Shown here in pieces: positions 50,960-62,406 of a stretch of DNA of 64,000 nt. This DNA comes from Halomonas sp. ML-15. Lineage in GTDB: Bacteria > Pseudomonadota > Gammaproteobacteria > Pseudomonadales > Halomonadaceae. The notes beneath the pieces are model-generated. The model saw only the letters and a list, made by a program, of their open reading frames with translations, had not been told where the DNA came from and ran no database searches. A program made the position numbers and the translations under genes. Each line of letters starts with the position of its first letter. The stretch's first letter is position 1. The DNA is taken from the NCBI RefSeq assembly GCF_014779595.1, contig NZ_JACXZT010000009.1, forward strand, positions 3,378 through 67,377, written 5' to 3'.

Positions 50960-51886
50960 CTAGGGAATATAGGGCAGGTCGATCTCGTCGCTGCGGGCAA
51001 TGCCGGCGGTCATCTGCCGGCACAGCTTGAGAAACTCGCGCATGCCGGTGGTCAGGTACTTGTGACGGTGCCAGATAAAGGTGAACTGGCGCTTCAGGTC
51101 GAGCTCCGGCGTGGCGAGCGGCACCAGGCTGCCGCGCCGGAAGGCGTCGCGCAGCGCCAGTCGCGAGACGCAGCCAATCCCCAGCCCCGACTCCACGGCA
51201 CGCTTGATGCCCTCGGTATGCTCCAGCTCGAGCAGCGTATTGAAGCGCCCGCGGCGGTGGCGTGCGGCGTGCTCCAGGGTGAGTCGCGTGCCCGAGCCCG
51301 GCTCGCGCATGATCCAGTTCTCGCGCAGCAGCCGATCCATCTCCAGGGTGCCGGCCTCGGCCAAGTGGTGGCGCGGCGAGCAGAACACCACCAGCTCATC
51401 CTCTACCCAAGGCTGCATCACCACGTCTTCGTGCTGGCAGTCGCCCTCGATCAGGCCCAGGTCCAGCTCATGCTGGACGATGTGATCGATGATGGCGCTG
51501 GTGTTGCGCACCTGGAGTCGCACGCGGCTGTCTGGATGGCGCTGCATGAAGTCGCTGATCAGCAGCGTAGCCAGGTAGTTGCCGATGGTCAGGGTGGCGC
51601 CGACATCCAGCGAGCCGATACCGCGCTGGCCGCGCAGCAGCTCCTCGATCTCTTCGCCGCGGTCGAGCAGGGCGACCGCCTTGGGCAGAATCTGGAAGCC
51701 CAGCGCGTTGAGCTTGAGGCGCTTGCCGATGCGGTCGAGCAGCTGGCAGTCGAACTGCCGCTCCAGCTCGGCCAGGGCGGTGCTGGTCGCCGACTGTGAG
51801 AGAGCCAGGGCGTTGGCCGCACGCGAAACGCTTTCGTGCTGGGCGACCGCAACGAAGACTTCCAGCTGGCGCAGGGTGTAGCGCAT
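50960..51886 (-). CDS. LysR-family transcriptional regulator
   Basis: N-terminal HTH LRQLEVFVAVAQHESVSRAANALALSQSATS. Confidence 0.9.
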   Translation of the reverse strand: MRYTLRQLEVFVAVAQHESVSRAANALALSQSATSTALAELERQFDCQLLDRIGKRLKLNALGFQILPKAVALLDRGEEIEELLRGQRGIGSLDVGATLTIGNYLATLLISDFMQRHPDSRVRLQVRNTSAIIDHIVQHELDLGLIEGDCQHEDVVMQPWVEDELVVFCSPRHHLAEAGTLEMDRLLRENWIMREPGSGTRLTLEHAARHRRGRFNTLLELEHTEGIKRAVESGLGIGCVSRLALRDAFRRGSLVPLATPELDLKRQFTFIWHRHKYLTTGMREFLKLCRQMTAGIARSDEIDLPYIP

Positions 51887-52045
51887 GTCAGGCTCCCAGC
51901 TCAGTTTATATCTATATTATAGATAAGCTTTATTCATACTACCCATTTAACAGATATGGTTGTGACGCATAAACTGTGCGGCATAACCAATACGGCGCCT
52001 TATGCGCCAATGGAATACCTAGTTATCCTCACCCGGGAGCCGGTC

Positions 52046-52822
52046 ATGAGCAAGTTTGCGCTGGAAGACGTGCTGAGCGTTCACCACTGGAACGACACCC
52101 TGTTCAGTTTTCGCACCACCCGCGAGCGCAGCCTGCGCTTCAAGAACGGCCAGTTCGTGATGATCGGCCTCGAAGTGAACGGCAAGCCGCTGATGCGCGC
52201 CTACTCCATCGCCAGCCCCAACTACGAGGACCACCTTGAGTTCTTCAGCATCAAGGTGCCTGATGGCCCGCTGACCTCGCGTCTGCAGCACCTCAAGGTC
52301 GGGGATCAGATCATGGTCAGCCGCAAGCCAACCGGTACGCTGGTCACCGATGACCTGCTGCCTGGCCGTAATCTCTACCTGCTCTCCACCGGCACCGGCC
52401 TGGCCCCGTTCATGAGCCTGATTCAGGACCCGGAGGCCTACGAGCGCTTCGAGAAGATCGTGCTGATCCACGGCGTACGCACCGTCAGCGAGCTGGCATA
52501 CGCCGATTTCATCACCAAGGAGCTGCCGGCCCACGAGTATCTCGGTGAAGAGATCGCCGAGAAGCTGGTCTACTATCCGACGGTGACCCGTGAAGACTTC
52601 CACACCACCGGGCGTCTCACCGACCATATCCGCACGGGCAAATTGTTCGACGACACCGGCCTGGCGCCACTCGACCCCAAGCAGGATCGCGCCATGATCT
52701 GCGGCAGCCCGGCGATGCTCGACGAGACCAGCGCGCTACTCGACGACCTGGGCTTCAATATCTCGCCGCGTATGGGCGAGCCGGGTGACTATGTGATCGA
52801 ACGGGCGTTTGTCGAGAAATAA
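52046..52822 (+). CDS. fpr: Ferredoxin-NADP+ reductase
   Basis: RAYSIAS FAD-binding motif. GTGLAP NADP motif. Confidence 0.9.
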   Translation: MSKFALEDVLSVHHWNDTLFSFRTTRERSLRFKNGQFVMIGLEVNGKPLMRAYSIASPNYEDHLEFFSIKVPDGPLTSRLQHLKVGDQIMVSRKPTGTLVTDDLLPGRNLYLLSTGTGLAPFMSLIQDPEAYERFEKIVLIHGVRTVSELAYADFITKELPAHEYLGEEIAEKLVYYPTVTREDFHTTGRLTDHIRTGKLFDDTGLAPLDPKQDRAMICGSPAMLDETSALLDDLGFNISPRMGEPGDYVIERAFVEK

Positions 52823-52867
52823 GCGGGAAGTTTGAAGAGCATCGCTTCGCGCCTGGAAGTGGTAAGC

Positions 52868-52910
52868 AAAGGGCCCCGCCGTTTATTCATAACGGCGGGG
52901 CCCTTTAATT
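52868..52910. terminator. Bidirectional rho-independent terminator between fpr (+) and the P-II gene (-)
   Basis: Perfect 14-bp stem agggccccgccgtt / aacggcggggccct. A/T flanks. Confidence 0.6.
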
Positions 52911-52928
52911 ATGCTCTGCTTCGAGCTG

Positions 52929-53321
<393 letters not shown>

Positions 53322-53354
53322 CTAAGACAAGCATACACCGCTCGGCCAGATATG

Positions 53355-53378
53355 AAAAAAGGCCCCCCGAAGGGGGCC
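53355..53378 (-). terminator. Terminator after amtB (minus strand)
   Basis: ggccccc-gaag-gggggcc hairpin with A6 on the plus strand (U-tract on minus). Confidence 0.5.
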
Positions 53379-53412
53379 AGGGGAGCACGCCAGCTCACTC
53401 GGTGTAACGCCG

Positions 53413-54660
53413 TTACTTCTTGGCGTTGAATTCGGGATAGGCCTCGAGACCGCATTCTGCGATGTCGACACCTTCGTACTCTTCTTCTTCGCTGACCCGG
53501 ATGCCCATGATCGCCTTGAGCACTAGCCATACCGCCAGGCTGGCACCGAAGACCCAGGCAAAGATGCCCAAGATGCCGATGATCTGAGCACCGAAGGTGG
53601 CGTCTGCGTTGGACAGCGGAACCACCAGGACGCCCCAGATACCGACCACACCGTGCACCGAGATGGCACCGACAGGATCATCGAGCTTGAGCTTGTCGAG
53701 GCTGACGATCGCGGCTACCACAATGGCACCACCCACGGCACCGATCAGCGTGGCGCCTAGCGCGGTGGGTGCCAGCGGTTCAGCGGTAATTGCCACCAGG
53801 CCGGCCAGTGCGCCGTTCAGGGCCATGGTCAGGTCCGCCTTGCGGAACCACAGCTTGGCGAGAACCAGTGCGGCGATCACGCCACCGGCTGCTGCAGCGT
53901 TGGTGTTAACGAACACTTGCGCCACGTTGTTGGCCGAGATGCCGTCGGATATCTTCAGCTCGGAGCCGCCGTTGAAGCCGAACCAGCCCATCCACAGGAT
54001 GAAGGTACCCAGGGTCGCCAGCGGCAGGTTGGCACCGGGAATGGCGTAGATAGCACCGTCCTTGCCGTACTTGCCCTTACGCGGGCCGAGCACCAGCACA
54101 CCGGCCAGAGCAGCGGAAGCACCCGCCATGTGTACGATGCCGGAACCGGCATAGTCGGAGTAGCCCAGCGCGTCGAGCCAGCCTTCACCCCAGGTCCAGT
54201 AACCGGAGATTGGATAGATGACGCCGGTCATGACCACAGCAAATGCCAGGAAGGCCCACAGCTTCATGCGCTCGGCCACGGCGCCCGAGACGATCGACAT
54301 GGCGGTGGCCACGAACACGACCTGGAAGAAGAAGTCGGAGCGCATCGAGTAGTAGGGTGCGTCCTCATCACCGGAAGTGATCGCATCGAGAGTGTTCTCA
54401 CCACCGATCAGGAAGCCCAGGTTCGGCAGGAAACCGCCGCCGGCACTGGAGTACATGATGTAGTAGCCGACCAGCAGATACATGGTGCAGGCAACGGCGA
54501 ACAGCGCGATATTCTTGGTCAGAATCTCGGCGGTGTTCTTGGAGCGTACCATCCCGGCCTCGAGCATCGAGAAGCCGGCGGCCATCCACATGACCAATAC
54601 GCCACAGATAAGGAAATAGAAGGTGTCGAGCGCGTAAGTCAGCTCTGCTAATTCTGTCAT
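53413..54660 (-). CDS. amtB: Ammonium transporter
   Basis: 11 TM. Amt family signatures. Confidence 0.92.
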   Translation of the reverse strand: MTELAELTYALDTFYFLICGVLVMWMAAGFSMLEAGMVRSKNTAEILTKNIALFAVACTMYLLVGYYIMYSSAGGGFLPNLGFLIGGENTLDAITSGDEDAPYYSMRSDFFFQVVFVATAMSIVSGAVAERMKLWAFLAFAVVMTGVIYPISGYWTWGEGWLDALGYSDYAGSGIVHMAGASAALAGVLVLGPRKGKYGKDGAIYAIPGANLPLATLGTFILWMGWFGFNGGSELKISDGISANNVAQVFVNTNAAAAGGVIAALVLAKLWFRKADLTMALNGALAGLVAITAEPLAPTALGATLIGAVGGAIVVAAIVSLDKLKLDDPVGAISVHGVVGIWGVLVVPLSNADATFGAQIIGILGIFAWVFGASLAVWLVLKAIMGIRVSEEEEYEGVDIAECGLEAYPEFNAKK

Positions 54661-54766
54661 TGGGTGTTCTCCTGAGCCCTTGTCGTGCTGCGGGCCGCGT
54701 CAGTGTCCGCGTTGAGCGTCGTTTTTTCTTGGTGCCTGCGTACTTGGGCGAAGCGCTAAGCCTCAC

Positions 54767-55159
<393 letters not shown>

Positions 55160-55168
55160 TTAGGACAT

Positions 55169-55184
55169 TGCGTGAAGCGTGCCA
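55169..55184 (-). promoter_or_regulatory. Candidate sigma54 (-24/-12) promoter for glnK-amtB
   Basis: Minus strand reads TGGCAC-gcttc-ACGCA (GG…GC spacing correct). Confidence 0.35.
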
Positions 55185-55394
55185 GGCTTTAATTATTGCT
55201 TATAAAACAGCGCAATAGGATCGAGCATGCACCATGTTGCAAAGCACGGGAGGGGGACTTTGTCATCTATTGCACCATTGCGGTGCCGTTGTAAAAGCTG
55301 CCTGCTCCACAATGAGGCAGTGGTCGGGCATGCGTGCCGAGCGCAGCTTGCGTATGCTGAAGGGGCATGTGCACAGGACAATGAGGAGAGTCGC

Positions 55395-55730
55395 GTGAGT
55401 CATCAAGATCCATTTAGCCGCCTGGCCCGGGAGCTGGGCGAGAGGTTGCAGGGCGCTTCCCAAGCGCCGGAGGAGATCCAGAAAGGCGTTCAGCAGGTGA
55501 TGCGCGGTGCCTGCGAGCGTCTCGAACTGGTATCCCGTGAAGATTTCGATATTCTCATGGATGTGCTGCAGCGCACCCGCAGCCGCGTCGAGGCCTTGGA
55601 AGCGCGGGTCGCCACGCTGGAAGCGACGCTGAACGAGGACGCCGCGACGAGCGATACCGACAGCACAAGCAGCGCTGGCGGAGACGTGCCGCCCGCCGAG
55701 GATGCCGGCGGTGGTGAGGCGTCGAGCTGA
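55395..55730 (+). CDS. ubiK: Ubiquinone biosynthesis accessory factor UbiK (YqiC/BMFP family)
   Basis: LELVSREDFDILMDVLQRTRSRVEALEARVATLE coiled-coil signature. GTG start with GAGGAG RBS. Confidence 0.8.
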   Translation: MSHQDPFSRLARELGERLQGASQAPEEIQKGVQQVMRGACERLELVSREDFDILMDVLQRTRSRVEALEARVATLEATLNEDAATSDTDSTSSAGGDVPPAEDAGGGEASS

Positions 55731-55761
55731 CGCTATGTGATTTCACCGGCGAGGGACCGCC

Positions 55762-57273
55762 ATGACACTAGCCATCATCAATACCCGGGCCAGCCTGGGG
55801 CTGGACGCACCGGAGGTGCTGGTCGAAGTGCATCTGGCCAACGGCCTGCCAGGCCTGACCCTGGTCGGGCTGGCCGAGGCGGCGGTCAAGGAGAGCCGTG
55901 AGCGGGTGCGCAGCGCGCTGATCAACGCAGGCCTCGAGTTCCCCACCACCCGCCGTATTACCCTCAATCTGGCACCTGCCGACCTGCCCAAGGAGGGCGG
56001 ACGTTTCGATCTGCCGATTGCCTTGGGCATCCTGGTCGCCTCGGGGCAGGTGCCGGGCGAGGCGCTGGAAACCATCGAGTGCCTGGGCGAGCTGGCGCTG
56101 GACGGCAAGCTGCGCCCGGTCACCGGGGTGCTGCCGGTGGCATTGGCCGCGCGCCGCGCCGGGCGTGCGCTGATCGTGCCCCGCGCCAATGCCGACGAGG
56201 CGGCTCTGGCCAGCGGTCTCGAGGTGCTGCCGGTGGAGCATCTGCTGGAAGTGGTGGCGCATCTGCTCGGCCAGCGGCACATCGCCGCGCATCACGCCGA
56301 GCCACCACCGCTCGAGGCGGTCGCCAGCGGCATAGACTTGGCCGAGGTGCGCGGCCAGCATCAGGCGCGCCGCGCGCTGGAGATCGCCGCTGCGGGCGGC
56401 CACAACCTCTTGCTAGCGGGGCCGCCAGGCACCGGCAAGACCATGCTGGCCAGCCGCCTGCCGGGCATTCTGCCGCCACTGGAGGAGGATGAGGCGCTGG
56501 AAGTGGCGGCGATTCGCTCGGTCATCGGACTGCCGCTCACCGACCAGTGGGGTCGGCGGCCGTTTCGCACCCCGCACCACACCGCCAGCGCCGTGGCCCT
56601 GGTGGGTGGCGGCTCCAAGCCGCGCCCCGGTGAAATCTCGCTGGCCCATCACGGCGTGCTGTTTCTCGATGAATTACCGGAGTTCGCGCGCAGCGTACTC
56701 GAGGTGATGCGCGAGCCGATGGAGTCGGGCACGATCTCGCTGTCGCGTGCCAACCATCAGCGCCGCTACCCGGCGCGGTTCCAACTCGTCGCGGCCATGA
56801 ACCCCTGCCCTTGTGGACACCTCGGCGATCCGCGCAACCGCTGCCACTGCAGCGCGGCGCAGATTCAGCGCTATCAGCAGCGGCTGTCCGGCCCGCTGCT
56901 GGATCGCATCGACCTGCAGGTGGAAGTGCCGGCGCTGCCGCCGGAGCAGTTGACCTCTCAGCAGCCCGGAGAGAGTTCCGCTACGGTGCGTGAGCGGGTG
57001 CTGGCGGCCCGCGCCCGGCAAGCCAGGCGCGGTGCGCTCAATGCGTATCTGCCAGGGCGAGAGCTGGAGGCCGCCTGTGCGCTGGACACGGCCACCCGCG
57101 CCTGGCTGGCCGGGGTGCTGGAGCGGCTCAATCTCTCGGCACGGGCCTACCATCGGGTGCTGCGCGTGGCGCTGACCCTCGCCGACCTGACCGGCGATGC
57201 CCGCCCCGAGCGCCGCCAGCTGATGGAGGCGATCGGCTACCGTCAGCTCGACCGACTGCTCAAGGGCGGCTAA
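55762..57273 (+). CDS. comM: YifB/ComM Mg-chelatase-like AAA+ ATPase
   Basis: N-terminal Lon-protease-like domain. Walker A GPPGTGKTMLASRLP. C-terminal Mg-chelatase helices. Confidence 0.92.
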   Translation: MTLAIINTRASLGLDAPEVLVEVHLANGLPGLTLVGLAEAAVKESRERVRSALINAGLEFPTTRRITLNLAPADLPKEGGRFDLPIALGILVASGQVPGEALETIECLGELALDGKLRPVTGVLPVALAARRAGRALIVPRANADEAALASGLEVLPVEHLLEVVAHLLGQRHIAAHHAEPPPLEAVASGIDLAEVRGQHQARRALEIAAAGGHNLLLAGPPGTGKTMLASRLPGILPPLEEDEALEVAAIRSVIGLPLTDQWGRRPFRTPHHTASAVALVGGGSKPRPGEISLAHHGVLFLDELPEFARSVLEVMREPMESGTISLSRANHQRRYPARFQLVAAMNPCPCGHLGDPRNRCHCSAAQIQRYQQRLSGPLLDRIDLQVEVPALPPEQLTSQQPGESSATVRERVLAARARQARRGALNAYLPGRELEAACALDTATRAWLAGVLERLNLSARAYHRVLRVALTLADLTGDARPERRQLMEAIGYRQLDRLLKGG

Positions 57274-57300
57274 GCCGGGCCCCGACCCCCTTGCTACAGC

Positions 57301-57792
57301 CTACAGCGCAGTGGCGTCGAAGGCCCCATACAGTGTCTCCTCCCACTGTGGCTCGCTGTCGCCCAGGCGGCGCAGGCGCATATGCAGCGCATAGGGCAGC
57401 AGGTCGCGGTCGGAGAGCGTCAGCCGCGGGCCGTCGGCGCTGAGCCGCGTCTCCAGCATCCACTGATTGTCCCGCGGGTCGCTGTCCTCCATCTCCGTTG
57501 CCCAGTCGATGACCTGGGGGCCATCGCTGGGGGCCAGCAGTGCCCGGCTAAGGCTCTCGGTGAAACGCGACTGGCTGATGCCCAGGCTCTCGTCGACGTC
57601 GGGTTCGGCCAGTAGCAGCACCACATCGGGGGTATTTCGCGTCCACACCGGCTCACTCAGCAGGCTGGCCGTGGCATTTTCGCCCAGGCCGAACAGCGCC
57701 TGGCGCAGCAGCGTTGGTGCATCGGGGGTACTGGCGCAGCCGCTGAGCAGCAGGCCGAGCAGCGCGACACGCAGTAACGGCAGTTGCTTCAT
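57301..57792 (-). CDS. Lipoprotein, unknown (possibly LpoB-like)
   Basis: Lipobox LLLSGCAS. Confidence 0.55.
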   Translation of the reverse strand: MKQLPLLRVALLGLLLSGCASTPDAPTLLRQALFGLGENATASLLSEPVWTRNTPDVVLLLAEPDVDESLGISQSRFTESLSRALLAPSDGPQVIDWATEMEDSDPRDNQWMLETRLSADGPRLTLSDRDLLPYALHMRLRRLGDSEPQWEETLYGAFDATAL

Positions 57793-58769
57793 GTGTCCCG
57801 CCGCTCAGCGTCGTCGGCTGTCAACTCATCGAGGAACCCCCCCAGTTCATCGAACAGCGTCTGGCGAATGGGTTCGGCTTCGTTGACCAGATGATGACGC
57901 GCCTCGGGGTGACGATGGACCCGGGCACACGGAAACTTGCGGGTCATCACTTCGAGGTTCCAGGCCCAGTCGACGGTCAGGTCCTGCTCGCCCTGCAGGA
58001 TCAGTACCGGCAGCTGACTTTCTGGAAGGGCGATCAGCTGCGGCATCCAGCGGCGCATGGCGCTGACCCAGCTCAGTGTCAGGTAGTCGGGTTGCAGGGG
58101 GTCGGCCTCGCGCAGGAAGGCGGTGAATTCGCTGTCCGAGGAGTTGGGTCGGTACTTGCGCGGCAGGGTGGTGATAAAGGGGCTGGCCAGCCGGTGCAGC
58201 CAGCTCGACTGCGGCCAGCCCAAGGGCCGTACCAGCGGCGCCAGCAGCGCCAGCCCGCACCATTCGCTGGCGTCGCCGTGGCGCAGCGCATCGGTGGCGA
58301 GTATTGCTGCGCCGGTACTCTGGCCGATTCCCACCCAGGGCTTGGGGATCAGCCCTTGGAAGTCGAGCTGCGTCCGCAGCGCGGCAAGGCACTCGCCGTA
58401 GTCGTCGAAATCGTCGATGGTGGCACGCTCACCGCTCGACAGGCCGTGCCCAGGCAGATCCCATAGCACCACCCGCCAGCCCTCGCTAAGCAGTCGCTCG
58501 AGCAGATGGCGGTAGAGGCCCAGGTGGTCGAAGTAGCCGTGCACCACGAAGGCCGTGCCGCGGGGCGCCTTGGGTGTCCAGACCTGGGTCCAGAGGCGAA
58601 AGCCGCGCGCGTCGAGATAGCCCACGTGGAGGCCTACCTGCTCTGCCAGCAGCGGGGCAAGCTGATAGTGTGCGAGGTACTGGTCGAGGTGTGGCGTCCA
58701 TGGCGTACTGCCGGGCACGCGGGCCGGCGCGATGGGCCCGAGGGCCTGCAGCGGTGCGAAATCGGTCAT
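57789..58769 (-). CDS. Alpha/beta hydrolase (lysophospholipase-like)
   Basis: HGYFDHLG oxyanion region. GQSTG nucleophile elbow. Confidence 0.85.
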   Translation of the reverse strand: MTDFAPLQALGPIAPARVPGSTPWTPHLDQYLAHYQLAPLLAEQVGLHVGYLDARGFRLWTQVWTPKAPRGTAFVVHGYFDHLGLYRHLLERLLSEGWRVVLWDLPGHGLSSGERATIDDFDDYGECLAALRTQLDFQGLIPKPWVGIGQSTGAAILATDALRHGDASEWCGLALLAPLVRPLGWPQSSWLHRLASPFITTLPRKYRPNSSDSEFTAFLREADPLQPDYLTLSWVSAMRRWMPQLIALPESQLPVLILQGEQDLTVDWAWNLEVMTRKFPCARVHRHPEARHHLVNEAEPIRQTLFDELGGFLDELTADDAERRDT

Positions 58770-58986
58770 CGAACCCTCCCTAGTACGCTCATGCTAGCGT
58801 CAGCAGGCTTGGCAAGCCATATTGCGACAGCGGCATTTCATCATTTGGTCGAGGCCTGGCAGACCCCGGTGACATTTTCAGGTAGCATGTGGAAGTCATT
58901 TCCATAAAAAAATGTTACTTTCAGGAACACCCCAAACGACCCACGGCCGGTATCTGATACCGGTCACAGCGCATCAGGAGACTCTC

Positions 58987-61161
58987 ATGACTGATCGTGT
59001 CACCCGCCATCGTCTTCAGGTGGCCTCCGAGCTAGACCGTTTCATCAACGACCAGGCCCTGCCTGGCTCCGGCGTCGATGCAGAGACCTTCTGGTCCGGT
59101 GTCGATGCGCTGTTCCATGATTTGACCCCGAAGAATCGCGAATTGCTCGCAGAGCGTGAGCGCCTGCAGGGCGAGCTCGATGCCTGGCACCGTGAAAACC
59201 CCGGTCCGGTCAGCGATATGCCCGCCTATCGCGACTTTCTCAAGCGTGTTGGCTACCTTGCCGACGCCCCGGCCAAGGTAACCGCGACTACCGTTAACGT
59301 CGATGCCGAGGTCGCCACCCAGGCCGGCCCGCAGCTAGTGGTGCCGGCGAGCAATGCCCGCTATGCCTTGAACGCCGCCAATGCCCGCTGGGGCAGCCTC
59401 TACGACGCCCTGTATGGCACCGACGCCATCAGCGAGGCAGATGGCGCCGAAAAGGGCACCAGCTACAACCCCAAGCGCGGTGACAAGGTCATCGCCTATG
59501 CGCGCGGCGTGCTCGACCGCGCCGCGCCGCTGGCCACCGGTTCGCACCGCGATGCCGTCAACTACGCGCTGCGCGACGGCCACCTGATAGTGACCCTCGA
59601 CGGCGGCCGCGAGACCGGCCTCAAGGATCCTGGCAAGCTGGTCGGTTTCCAGGGTGACGCGGCCAAGCCCGATGCCATCCTGCTCGCCAACCACGGCCTG
59701 CACCTGGAAATCCAGTTCGACACCAGCCATCCGATCGGCAAGACCGATCCGGCCGGGGTCAAGGACCTGCTGGTCGAGGCGGCTCTGACCACCATCATGG
59801 ACTGTGAGGACTCGGTGGCGGCAGTCGATGCCGAGGACAAGGTCGGCGTCTATCGTAACTTGCTGGGGCTGATGAAGGGCGACCTGGAAGAGCAGCTCGA
59901 CAAGGGCGGCAAGACCATCACCCGCCGCCTCAACCCGGACCGCCAGTACCTGACCCCCGATGGCGGTAGCCTGGCCCTGCCCGGTCGCGCGCTGATGTTC
60001 GTGCGCAACGTCGGGCATCTGATGACCAACCCGGCGGTGCTCGATGGCGACGGTAACGAGCTGCCGGAGGGCATCCTCGATGCCGCGGTGACCGGCCTGC
60101 TGGCCCTGCACGACCTCAACAAGGGCGGCGATGAGCCGCGCAACTCGCGTGCCGGCTCGGTGTATATCGTCAAGCCCAAGATGCACGGCCCCAAGGAGGT
60201 CGCCTTCGCCAACGAGCTGTTCGGTCGCGTCGAAGACATCCTCGGCATGGCCCGCGATACCCTCAAGATGGGCATCATGGACGAGGAGCGGCGTACCACC
60301 GTCAACCTCAAGGCCTGCATCAACGAGGCGGCGTCGCGGGTGGTGTTCATCAATACCGGTTTCCTCGACCGCACCGGCGACGAGATGCACACCGCTATGG
60401 AAGCCGGTCCCATGATTCGCAAGGGCGACATGAAGGGCGCCAAGTGGATCGGCGCCTACGAGCGTAACAACGTGCTGGTCGGTCTGGCCTGTGGTCTGCG
60501 CGGGCGCGCCCAGATCGGTAAGGGCATGTGGGCCATGCCCGACCTGATGGCTGCCATGCTAGAACAGAAGATCGGCCATCCCAAGGCGGGTGCCAACACC
60601 GCCTGGGTGCCGTCGCCCACTGCGGCTGCCCTGCACGCTCTGCACTACCACCAGGTGGATGTGGGCGCCGTGCAGCGCGAACTGGAAGGCCAGGGGGATG
60701 TCGATCTGCTCGACGACCTGCTGACGGTGCCGGTAGCCGAGAACGCCAACTGGTCCGACGAGGAGATCCAGCAGGAGCTCGACAACAACTGTCAGGGCAT
60801 CCTCGGCTACGTGGTGCGCTGGGTCGAGCACGGCGTGGGCTGTTCCAAGGTGCCGGACATTCACAATGTCGGCCTGATGGAAGACCGCGCCACGCTGCGC
60901 ATCTCCAGCCAGCACCTGGCAAATTGGCTGCGCCACGGGGTAGTCGACGCCGAGCGCGTGCAGAAGACCCTGGAGCGCATGGCCAAGGTGGTCGACGAGC
61001 AGAATGCCGGCGATCCCAGCTACACCGCCATGAGCGCCGACTTCTCCGCCTCCACTGCCTTCAAGGCCGCCTGTGACCTGATCTTCAAGGGGCGCGAGCA
61101 GCCGGCAGGCTACACCGAACCGCTTCTCCACGAGTGGCGCCAGGTGCACAAGGCCAAGTAA
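58987..61161 (+). CDS. glcB: Malate synthase G
   Basis: ~724 aa. AGGAGA RBS. Confidence 0.93.
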   Translation: MTDRVTRHRLQVASELDRFINDQALPGSGVDAETFWSGVDALFHDLTPKNRELLAERERLQGELDAWHRENPGPVSDMPAYRDFLKRVGYLADAPAKVTATTVNVDAEVATQAGPQLVVPASNARYALNAANARWGSLYDALYGTDAISEADGAEKGTSYNPKRGDKVIAYARGVLDRAAPLATGSHRDAVNYALRDGHLIVTLDGGRETGLKDPGKLVGFQGDAAKPDAILLANHGLHLEIQFDTSHPIGKTDPAGVKDLLVEAALTTIMDCEDSVAAVDAEDKVGVYRNLLGLMKGDLEEQLDKGGKTITRRLNPDRQYLTPDGGSLALPGRALMFVRNVGHLMTNPAVLDGDGNELPEGILDAAVTGLLALHDLNKGGDEPRNSRAGSVYIVKPKMHGPKEVAFANELFGRVEDILGMARDTLKMGIMDEERRTTVNLKACINEAASRVVFINTGFLDRTGDEMHTAMEAGPMIRKGDMKGAKWIGAYERNNVLVGLACGLRGRAQIGKGMWAMPDLMAAMLEQKIGHPKAGANTAWVPSPTAAALHALHYHQVDVGAVQRELEGQGDVDLLDDLLTVPVAENANWSDEEIQQELDNNCQGILGYVVRWVEHGVGCSKVPDIHNVGLMEDRATLRISSQHLANWLRHGVVDAERVQKTLERMAKVVDEQNAGDPSYTAMSADFSASTAFKAACDLIFKGREQPAGYTEPLLHEWRQVHKAK

Positions 61162-61180
61162 TCCCGGCCGAGTGTGATGA

Positions 61181-61217
61181 CGGGCCCCGGTGCATTAGCA
61201 CCGGGGCCCGTTGCGTT
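61181..61217 (+). terminator. Rho-independent terminator after glcB
   Basis: cgggccccggtgc-atta-gcaccggggcccg followed by ttgcgtt. Confidence 0.5.
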
Positions 61218-61312
61218 ATGTGGCGAGTAAGCCGCAGGGATATCGCCGTGCAGCGAACCTTGCGCTATCTTGGGCGCAGCGACACTCGCCGCCGAGCCGC
61301 CAGGAGGGCGCC

Positions 61313-61726
61313 ATGACCGTAATGACCGCAGCCGCCATCGAGGAATTTCTCGACGAGGTGTTTCCCCATCGCGAGGGCACCATCGAGGGTGTCGACGAGA
61401 TGCGCGCCACCATGAGCCTGGCCATCGAGGACGAACACCTGCGCCCCGGGGCCTGTGTCTCCGGGCCGAGCATGATGGGGTTGGCCGATGTCTGCCTCTA
61501 CGTGGCGATCCTGGCGCAGATCGGCCCCGAGCCGATGGCGGTGACCAGTAATATGAACTGCCACTTTCTGCGCCGCGCCCGCGGCGACCGCGACCTGATC
61601 GCCAACGCGCGCATCGTCAAGCTCGGCCGCCGCCTGGCAGTGGGCGAGGTGCAGCTGTTTTCCGCTGGCGACGAGGAGCCGGTGGCGCTCGTCACGGCGA
61701 CCTATGTCCTGCCCGACGCCGACTGA
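61313..61726 (+). CDS. PaaI/YbgC-type hotdog-fold thioesterase
   Basis: Hotdog-fold pattern GGxxAALAD-like (GLADVCLY). ~137 aa. Confidence 0.75.
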   Translation: MTVMTAAAIEEFLDEVFPHREGTIEGVDEMRATMSLAIEDEHLRPGACVSGPSMMGLADVCLYVAILAQIGPEPMAVTSNMNCHFLRRARGDRDLIANARIVKLGRRLAVGEVQLFSAGDEEPVALVTATYVLPDAD

Positions 61727-62094
61727 GCACGCAGTGCGGTGGCCGCCAGGGCGATCCAGCCGGCGATAAAGGCGACGCCGCCCAGCGGGGTGATCATCCC
61801 CAGCCGACCGATGCCACTCAGCGCCAGGGCGTAGAGCGATCCCGAGAACAGCACCATGCCTAGCGCCCAGAGTCCCAGCGTCAGCTGCTGGCCGCGCAGG
61901 GGCTGGCCGGCCCGCCAGGCCAGGACGCCGAGCATCGCCAGGGTATGCCACATCTGATAGCGCACGCCGGTCTCGAAGGCCGCCAGCAGGCGCGCCGGCA
62001 GCTGGCCCTGCAGGCCGTGGGCGGCGAAGGCACCGAGCGTCACGGCAAGGCCGCCACTGAGCGCTATCGCCAGCCACCAGGGGGTGTCTCGCAT
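61702..62094 (-). CDS. DUF423 (YgdD-like) membrane protein
   Basis: 4 TM. GAFAAHGL motif. Confidence 0.75.
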   Translation of the reverse strand: MRDTPWWLAIALSGGLAVTLGAFAAHGLQGQLPARLLAAFETGVRYQMWHTLAMLGVLAWRAGQPLRGQQLTLGLWALGMVLFSGSLYALALSGIGRLGMITPLGGVAFIAGWIALAATALRAQSASGRT

Positions 62095-62195
62095 GGGGAA
62101 ATCTCCTTGTCGAAGGCGCTCATACCGTACCCTGGCATCGATTAACAGGCTACAATAGCGACCCCCGAACCGCTGAGATTCGCTGGAGGACCGCC

Positions 62196-62396
62196 ATGCA
62201 GATCCTGCTCAACGGCGAAGCCAGAACCCTCGAGGCCGAGGCCACCATCAGCGACCTGATCGCCTCCCTCGACCTGACCGGCAGACGCATTGCCGTCGAG
62301 GTCAATGAAGAGATCGTGCCGCGCAGCCAGCATGCCCAGCAGGGGCTGGCCGACGGCGATCGCGTTGAAATCGTCCACGCCATCGGCGGGGGCTAG
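62196..62396 (+). CDS. thiS: Sulfur carrier protein ThiS
   Basis: 66 aa ending in GG. Confidence 0.9.
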   Translation: MQILLNGEARTLEAEATISDLIASLDLTGRRIAVEVNEEIVPRSQHAQQGLADGDRVEIVHAIGGG

Positions 62397-62406
62397 AGGA
62401 GCCACC

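Noticed and set aside
55227-55394. Long N-terminal extension of ubiK from ATG 55227
   Set aside because: UbiK/YqiC family proteins are ~90-110 aa. A GTG at 55395 with a GAGGAG RBS gives the canonical length. The upstream part overlaps the glnK promoter region.
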